This document shows positions 58,660-64,000 of a DNA stretch of 64,000 nucleotides, one piece after another. Source of the DNA: Pseudomonadota bacterium. GTDB taxonomy: Bacteria; Bdellovibrionota; Bdellovibrionia; Bdellovibrionales; Bdellovibrionaceae. A program made the translations under genes and the position numbers. Every line of letters starts with the position of its first letter. The stretch's first letter is position 1. The stretch covers positions 114,998-178,997 of the forward strand of contig JBEGVH010000040.1 of assembly GCA_041178425.1 (NCBI GenBank), in the 5' to 3' direction. The notes under the pieces were generated by a model. The model was not told the origin of the DNA. It did no database searches and saw only the letters and a program-made list of their open reading frames with translations.

Positions 58660-59558
58660 GTTCGAGCAATTCGTCAAATAATGAGGATTTAGTTTTACAG
58701 TGCCGTAGGGTTGAGTCGGGCAACGACGAATCGCAGAACCTAACGGTGGGAGACTTGTTTAAGGTTGAGTGTCCGACCCAAAGTTTTTTCTTGAACCCAT
58801 CAAAGCTGAAGTTTATCACCAAACGCCCTTACGATTTGCAGGTACTCAGTGCGGATTTGCAGCCGGATGGACGATTGCAGTTGATGGTGACAAGTTACCA
58901 GGTGGGAGATTTTAAATCTGAAAAATTAAAACTCTCAGATGGTCTTGCTGAAGTGCCGGTGAGCGGGATCACCTTCAAAGTCGAAAGCGTAATTGATAAA
59001 AAAAATCCGCCCCAAGGACCTTTTGGTCCTTTTGGTGGCCATAGTCTCAATTTGCCGCCACTCTACTTTTGGTCCTTCTTAGCGCTAGCCCTGGTATTGT
59101 TGGTGGCCGTTGGTCTCAAGAGTTGGCGCAAGCTTCAGCGTAAGCGACTGATCGAGGGGTTAAAAAAACATGACAGTCGATTGGGTCCTCAAAGTCAGTT
59201 GCATGTGCGGTTTCGACAACTGGAGCGACAAAGGCTTCTTGATGGCGGAGAATTGCAAAATTATACAAAAGAGATCGAAGATATTCTGCGCTTGTTTGTT
59301 GTTCGCCAATTTAGAATTCCAGCCTATGATTGGTCTGATCGCTTGATCCTTGCCGACTTCCAGAAACGCTATGCTTTTCTGGGTGTGGATGTCGCAAAAG
59401 ATCTTATGGTGTTGTTGAGAGAAACTCGGAAGGCCTCTGCGCTCGCGTCTCCGCAAGCAAAAGATATCGAGCAACTTGTTCGAAAAATTAAAAAATGGGC
59501 CGATCAAGTGGATCGGTCGACGGGTGCACAGGGGCGAGCCCGAGGAGCCAGCTTATGA
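58656..59558 (+). CDS. Bat-operon single-TM protein
   Basis: Ig-like N-terminal region, one TM, helical C-terminus; sits between DUF58 and BatA. Confidence 0.65.
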   Translation: MSSSNSSNNEDLVLQCRRVESGNDESQNLTVGDLFKVECPTQSFFLNPSKLKFITKRPYDLQVLSADLQPDGRLQLMVTSYQVGDFKSEKLKLSDGLAEVPVSGITFKVESVIDKKNPPQGPFGPFGGHSLNLPPLYFWSFLALALVLLVAVGLKSWRKLQRKRLIEGLKKHDSRLGPQSQLHVRFRQLERQRLLDGGELQNYTKEIEDILRLFVVRQFRIPAYDWSDRLILADFQKRYAFLGVDVAKDLMVLLRETRKASALASPQAKDIEQLVRKIKKWADQVDRSTGAQGRARGASL

Positions 59559-60553
59559 CGTGGCATAATCCTGAAGCTTTTTTATTATTGATCCCGCTCC
59601 TGGCCATTGCTTTGAAGCAGTGGTGGCAGAGAAAAAAGAGGCCTGCTCTAAAATTCTCAACCATGCAATTAGTGCCTCGCCAAAAAACCTGGAGGGTTTA
59701 CTTGGCTCCAGTGCCGTTGGTACTTCAGTATCTTTCGCTTTTACTGTTTGTGATTGCTCTCGCGCGCCCTCAAAAAAGCGATGAGCTCACAAAGAAGAAT
59801 GTTGAAGGCATTGATATCGTGATTACCCTCGATATCTCCGATAGCATGTTGATTGAAGACATGCCTCCTCTCAACCGTTTAGAGGCGGCAAAAGAAACAA
59901 TTCGCGATTTCGTGAAAGGGCGTTCTTCGGATCGTATTGGACTCACTCTCTTTATGGGAGAAGCCTTTACCAAGATTCCGCTGACCCTCGACTACGATAT
60001 GATCGTCAGCGAGCTCAAGGAGATTCAGCCCTCTCGGACCATTAAAATGGGAACTGCCATCGGTGTTGCCTTGGCGAATTCGGTGGCCCGCCTCAAAGAC
60101 TCGAAGGCGAAATCGCGAATCATCGTGTTTCTCACGGATGGTGAGAACAACAGTGGAACTATCGATCCAGAAACGGCTCTTGAAATTGCAAAGGGAGAGG
60201 GGCTCAAAATCTACTCCATCGGAATTGGTAAAGATGGTGAAACGCGGCTCCCTGTTTATTCAATGGATCCTTTTGGTCGAAAAATTAAAACCTACCAACC
60301 GTTTCATAGCACGGTGAATGAAGAACTCTTACAGAAGATGGCTGATGATACAGGTGGTAAATATTGGCGCGCCACCTCGTACAATGGAATGAAAGAGATT
60401 TTTCGAGAGATCGATCGGCTAGAAAGAACGACCATTGAAGTCAATAAGTTCACTCGTTTCACAGAGCTCTATCAGAAATGGCTCAAGTGGGGTCTGTTTC
60501 TTTTGGCGATCAGCGTAGTTCTCAAAGCTTTTGTCTTGAGGAGGTTTCCTTGA
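59555..60553 (+). CDS. batA: BatA vWA membrane protein
   Basis: IALARPQ, LDISDSM, GTAIG, LTDGENN. Confidence 0.88.
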   Translation: MTWHNPEAFLLLIPLLAIALKQWWQRKKRPALKFSTMQLVPRQKTWRVYLAPVPLVLQYLSLLLFVIALARPQKSDELTKKNVEGIDIVITLDISDSMLIEDMPPLNRLEAAKETIRDFVKGRSSDRIGLTLFMGEAFTKIPLTLDYDMIVSELKEIQPSRTIKMGTAIGVALANSVARLKDSKAKSRIIVFLTDGENNSGTIDPETALEIAKGEGLKIYSIGIGKDGETRLPVYSMDPFGRKIKTYQPFHSTVNEELLQKMADDTGGKYWRATSYNGMKEIFREIDRLERTTIEVNKFTRFTELYQKWLKWGLFLLAISVVLKAFVLRRFP

Positions 60554-60555
60554 CG

Positions 60556-61620
60556 GTGTGGCGATGGGCCGATTCCAATTTTCTTATTTGGTTAACTCTT
60601 ATTCCGCCCCTCTATTTCGGATTGACATACCTGAGCCGAAAAAAAATGGAGATGCTTCGTAGAACTCTGGGTGAAAAAGTATTACCTGTTTTACTGAGTG
60701 GATTTTCAGCTCGCCGCCAACAGTTGAAGTTGGCTTTATTGTGTCTTTCTTTGGTATTGGCTCTTTTGGCTTTAGCACGGCCTCAGTTTGGAGAGAGTAA
60801 AGAAAACGTCAAGAGTCTCGGTGTAGAATTGATGATTCTCTTTGATGTTTCTCAAAGCATGCTAGCAGAAGACGTTAGCCCCAGTCGGCTTGAGGTGGCC
60901 AAGAGAGAAGTGGTGCGGTTTCTGGATAAGGTGCCCGGTAGTAAGGTGGGGTTAGTTGCTTTTGCAGGTTCCGCCGCATTGGTGTCGCCCATAACGACGG
61001 ACTCTTCGGCGATTAAAATGTTTGTTGAGTCCCTCACTACAGAGGCTATTGCGACTCAAGGAACCGAATTTAAAATGGCACTTGAGCAGGCGGAGGCCGC
61101 TTTTAATAGGGGCGGAGAAGATGGTGATAATGAATCAAAAGTGACAAGGGTGATCTTGATAGTTTCTGATGGAGAAGATCAAGAACCGGGCGCTATAGAA
61201 ACAGCAGAAAAACTGACCGAAAAAGGCGTGAGAATTTTTTCGGTGGCCGTTGGTACCGAAAAAGGAGGGCCAATCCCTCTGCGTGATGGAAACGGTTTTT
61301 TGAGAGGCATGAAGAAAAACTCCTCAGGGCAGCCCATCATTAGCACGAGCCGAGGGGATGTTTTAAAGTCTCTTGCCAAGGCCGGAAAGGGAAGCTTTTA
61401 TACGGCGACCTTCGGTGGGCAGTATATCGATAGCTTGGTCGAAGATATCAATAAACTTGAAAAAACAGAATTCGACTCCCAAACAATGGTTAGTTACCAG
61501 GAGCGCTATCAACTGTTTTTGCTATTAGGAATTTTATTTTTATTGATAGAGCTTTATCTCAATGCACCTCGAGGCGAGAGTGGTGAGTGGCGAGGGCGAT
61601 TTCAGGCGGAGTCTCGATGA
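60556..61620 (+). CDS. batB: BatB vWA membrane protein (start 60550 or 60556)
   Basis: LALARPQFG, DVSQSMLAEDVSPSRL, SDGED, VGTEKGGPIP. Confidence 0.88.
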   Translation: MWRWADSNFLIWLTLIPPLYFGLTYLSRKKMEMLRRTLGEKVLPVLLSGFSARRQQLKLALLCLSLVLALLALARPQFGESKENVKSLGVELMILFDVSQSMLAEDVSPSRLEVAKREVVRFLDKVPGSKVGLVAFAGSAALVSPITTDSSAIKMFVESLTTEAIATQGTEFKMALEQAEAAFNRGGEDGDNESKVTRVILIVSDGEDQEPGAIETAEKLTEKGVRIFSVAVGTEKGGPIPLRDGNGFLRGMKKNSSGQPIISTSRGDVLKSLAKAGKGSFYTATFGGQYIDSLVEDINKLEKTEFDSQTMVSYQERYQLFLLLGILFLLIELYLNAPRGESGEWRGRFQAESR

Positions 61621-62318
61621 AGGTGATTATTCTGTCTCTTACATTCATGGTTATTTCATCACATGGTTATGCGGCGAATACTTTTTGGCCGCAAACGGCC
61701 TGGCATTCTTTTGCGACTAAGATGGCGCTGTTAACCGAAAAATATGATCAAGCGCTACAGCACTCTTTGAAAGCTCTCGAGCATGATCCCATGCAACCCG
61801 AATTGCATCTCAATTTAGGAAATTCCCTAGAGGGTTTAGGGGCTGTGCAAAAAGCCGTCGATGCTTATGGCGTTGCCGGAAAACTGACCGAAGATCCGAG
61901 TATTCACTTTCAGGTGGAGTTTAATCAGGCGCAGGCCCTAGCAAAGTTAAAAAAAGTGGATGAAGCTTTAGCTCACTATCAAAAAGCGTTAGAGATGATT
62001 CCTGATTCCCGGGAGGTCAAAACTAACATTGAACTTCTCATGAGCTCCCAAGGGGGAAAGGGCGGAAAAGATAAAGACAAAGATCAAGACCAAAAAGATG
62101 GTCAGGGAGAAGGAGATCAGCAAAAAGAACCTCAGAAATTTGCTGACAATAAGCCTCAAGAAAAAAAACAGCCACAGAATTTAAGTCAAGGTGACGTTAA
62201 AAAAATTCTCGAAGAGTTAAAGCAGCAAGAGCAAAGGATTCGCGGCGATTACTACAAACAAAGCCAGCGAGAACAAAAACAAAAAGGCAGTGAAGGCAAG
62301 CGGGAGAAAGATTGGTGA
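61617..62318 (+). CDS. batC: BatC-like TPR protein
   Basis: TPR repeats (NLGN, YQKALE), Q/K/D-rich tail ending KDW. Confidence 0.82.
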   Translation: MKVIILSLTFMVISSHGYAANTFWPQTAWHSFATKMALLTEKYDQALQHSLKALEHDPMQPELHLNLGNSLEGLGAVQKAVDAYGVAGKLTEDPSIHFQVEFNQAQALAKLKKVDEALAHYQKALEMIPDSREVKTNIELLMSSQGGKGGKDKDKDQDQKDGQGEGDQQKEPQKFADNKPQEKKQPQNLSQGDVKKILEELKQQEQRIRGDYYKQSQREQKQKGSEGKREKDW

Positions 62319-64000
62319 TGATCAGTCAGCTGTTACTAATTTGGAATTTAGCTTGGGCGGGACCAGCCCCTGAAATCACCGCTAGCTTGTCGCAGCCCGA
62401 AGTGCGTCCAGGTGATACTGTCGAATTGACCATTTCAGTCAAAACCGAAGACGAGGTGTCGGTAGAGGCTCCAACCTGGTCGAAACCAGTTAATCTCAAT
62501 AATGAGGGTTTACAAACGCAGACGTCTTTTGAAAGTCATTTGCGTCCAGGTCCAAACGGCATGCAGTTTGAAAAAAAACGATCCGTAGATTTTATTTATA
62601 CACTCCGGCCAATGAGGGCAGGCAAAATCAAGTTAGGCCCGTTTTTGGTTAAAGTCGACGGACAGACATTCTCACTGGGTGCACTCAGTCTTGGGGTGAA
62701 TGCGGCGGCAGCTCAACCGCCTCGCCAGCAAGGCCTCGGCGGCCGAGGACTACTGCCTCCTGGCTTTGAAGATGAAGAAGACTCTCTTTTTGGGCAAATG
62801 CTCCGCCGTCAAAGGCAGCAGGAAAAAGAGATTCCTAGTCGCGAACTTCCTATTAACGAGAAAGAGGCGTTTTTTATTCTGGTAGAAACAGATAAAAAAG
62901 AGGCCTACGAAGGGGAGCAAATTTTTGCAAGTTGGTATATTTTTACCCGAGGAAATATACATCAATTTGATCGGTTAAAGTTTCCTGCGCTCAAGGGTTT
63001 CTGGAAAGAAGATGTCGAGCCGGCGCCCACACTCAATTTTGAAAAAGAGATAGTTAATGGAGTTCTGTATCATCGCGCCCTTCTGGCATCTTATGCTTTA
63101 TTTCCGATTAAAGAAGGCTTAACCACTATTGATGAATACAAGATCAGAGCCATCGTCAGTTTGCCATCTTCAAGTTTTGGTGGATTCTCTTTTGGGCAGC
63201 CTTATACTTACACGAGGACCAGCAAGCCCCTTAAAATTCAGGTGAAGCCGTTGCCAATGGAGGGGAGGCCTGATACTTTTTCGGGAGCGGTCGGAAATTA
63301 TACTGTTCAAGCCAGCGTTGATAATCAAACTTTCGTTCAGGGGCAGCCTTTTACACTGAGACTTCGCTTCGATGGTGATGGTAATGCCAAGATGATTGAT
63401 TTGCCAAAGATTCAGTGGCCAGAAGACTTTGAATTGTATGACTCTAAATCCGAATCGCGTTTTTTTCAGTCGGGAAAAAGCTTCAAGGAATTTACGCTTT
63501 TAGTGATTCCTAAAAAATCAGGAGTGGTTAAGTTGCCTCCTTTTGATTTCAGTTATTTTGATCCGAACTCAGGTTCTTATAAAAAAATACAGACTCAAGA
63601 AATCGCCCTACAGGTGGCGCCCGGCGTCGTTCAAAAGGGTGATTCTTCGCGAATGAAGCTCGAAAATAAAAAAGAAAACGAAGCTGTTTTAACTTTGCCA
63701 CCAGTGTTGAGAAAAGCCTCACAAAAAAAATTCTATTGGCTCTCGGGTTGGCCAATGGTCGGAGCCTGGGTTTTTCTCTATGGAGCACTTGGGATTTTAT
63801 TTATTGTCTTTAACTGGTGGTGGCTCAGACGTTTGAAGTTTCGTAAAAACCTCATGGATGAACTGAAGGATCGTCGAACAAAATGGGAGCTTGCTCTAAA
63901 AGAAAACCAGTGGGCTGCGGCAGCCACTGAAGTGATTAATGCTGTTTACTTTCTCTTAAGCCGCCTTGTGGAAGACGGTGAACTGACAAAAGATGTAACG
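62318..64000 (+). CDS. batD: BatD-like protein, runs off the window end (absent from the ORF track)
   Basis: ATG 62318 overlaps the batC stop: MISQLLLIWNLAWAGPAPEITASLSQPEV...; later AYEGEQ, GFWKE, YALFP, FSGAVGNY, GDGNAK. Confidence 0.85.
   Translation, partial: MISQLLLIWNLAWAGPAPEITASLSQPEVRPGDTVELTISVKTEDEVSVEAPTWSKPVNLNNEGLQTQTSFESHLRPGPNGMQFEKKRSVDFIYTLRPMRAGKIKLGPFLVKVDGQTFSLGALSLGVNAAAAQPPRQQGLGGRGLLPPGFEDEEDSLFGQMLRRQRQQEKEIPSRELPINEKEAFFILVETDKKEAYEGEQIFASWYIFTRGNIHQFDRLKFPALKGFWKEDVEPAPTLNFEKEIVNGVLYHRALLASYALFPIKEGLTTIDEYKIRAIVSLPSSSFGGFSFGQPYTYTRTSKPLKIQVKPLPMEGRPDTFSGAVGNYTVQASVDNQTFVQGQPFTLRLRFDGDGNAKMIDLPKIQWPEDFELYDSKSESRFFQSGKSFKEFTLLVIPKKSGVVKLPPFDFSYFDPNSGSYKKIQTQEIALQVAPGVVQKGDSSRMKLENKKENEAVLTLPPVLRKASQKKFYWLSGWPMVGAWVFLYGALGILFIVFNWWWLRRLKFRKNLMDELKDRRTKWELALKENQWAAAATEVINAVYFLLSRLVEDGELTKDVT

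Noticed and set aside
62700..63788. Three short ORFs at the right end
   Set aside because: They lie within the BatD reading frame that starts at 62318 and runs off the window.
56786..64000. MoxR-DUF58-Bat operon as a novel system
   Set aside because: Well-known conserved operon with ordinary gene order.

Overview
Gene-dense bacterial chromosome window. Its content (Agl/Glt-type gliding operon, many PilZ proteins, secreted proteases, FecR-Fn3 protein, GIRxW-type STAS proteins) points to a Bdellovibrionota-like predator; this is an inference. I saw no rRNA, tRNA, CRISPR array or transposase. Housekeeping blocks are thiolase/scoAB, miaB, purA with a serA-like gene and class V aminotransferase, lptE-holA, rpsT, murJ, degP, and a MoxR-DUF58-Bat operon that runs off the right edge (BatD is missing from the ORF track). 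The strongest candidates for undescribed biology are five. (1) A signal-peptide-bearing ClpA/B-like AAA+ protein with a degenerate first ATPase ring, a CUB domain where the M-domain normally sits, and a second ring with no GYVG pore loop (49062-51326). (2) A flavinylation/electron-transfer operon (porin, HxH membrane protein, FMN-binding protein, cytochrome c lipoprotein, ApbE) behind a perfect 22-bp palindrome, with a convergent tandem diheme helical cytochrome (20677-25340). (3) A secreted Fam20/four-jointed-like kinase (36222-37559). (4) A subtilase-TM-PilZ fusion (33403-35316). (5) A partner-switching module back-to-back with a FecR-Fn3 protein and two paralogous barrel proteins (112-11229). 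All domain calls come from reading motifs by eye; no searches were run.
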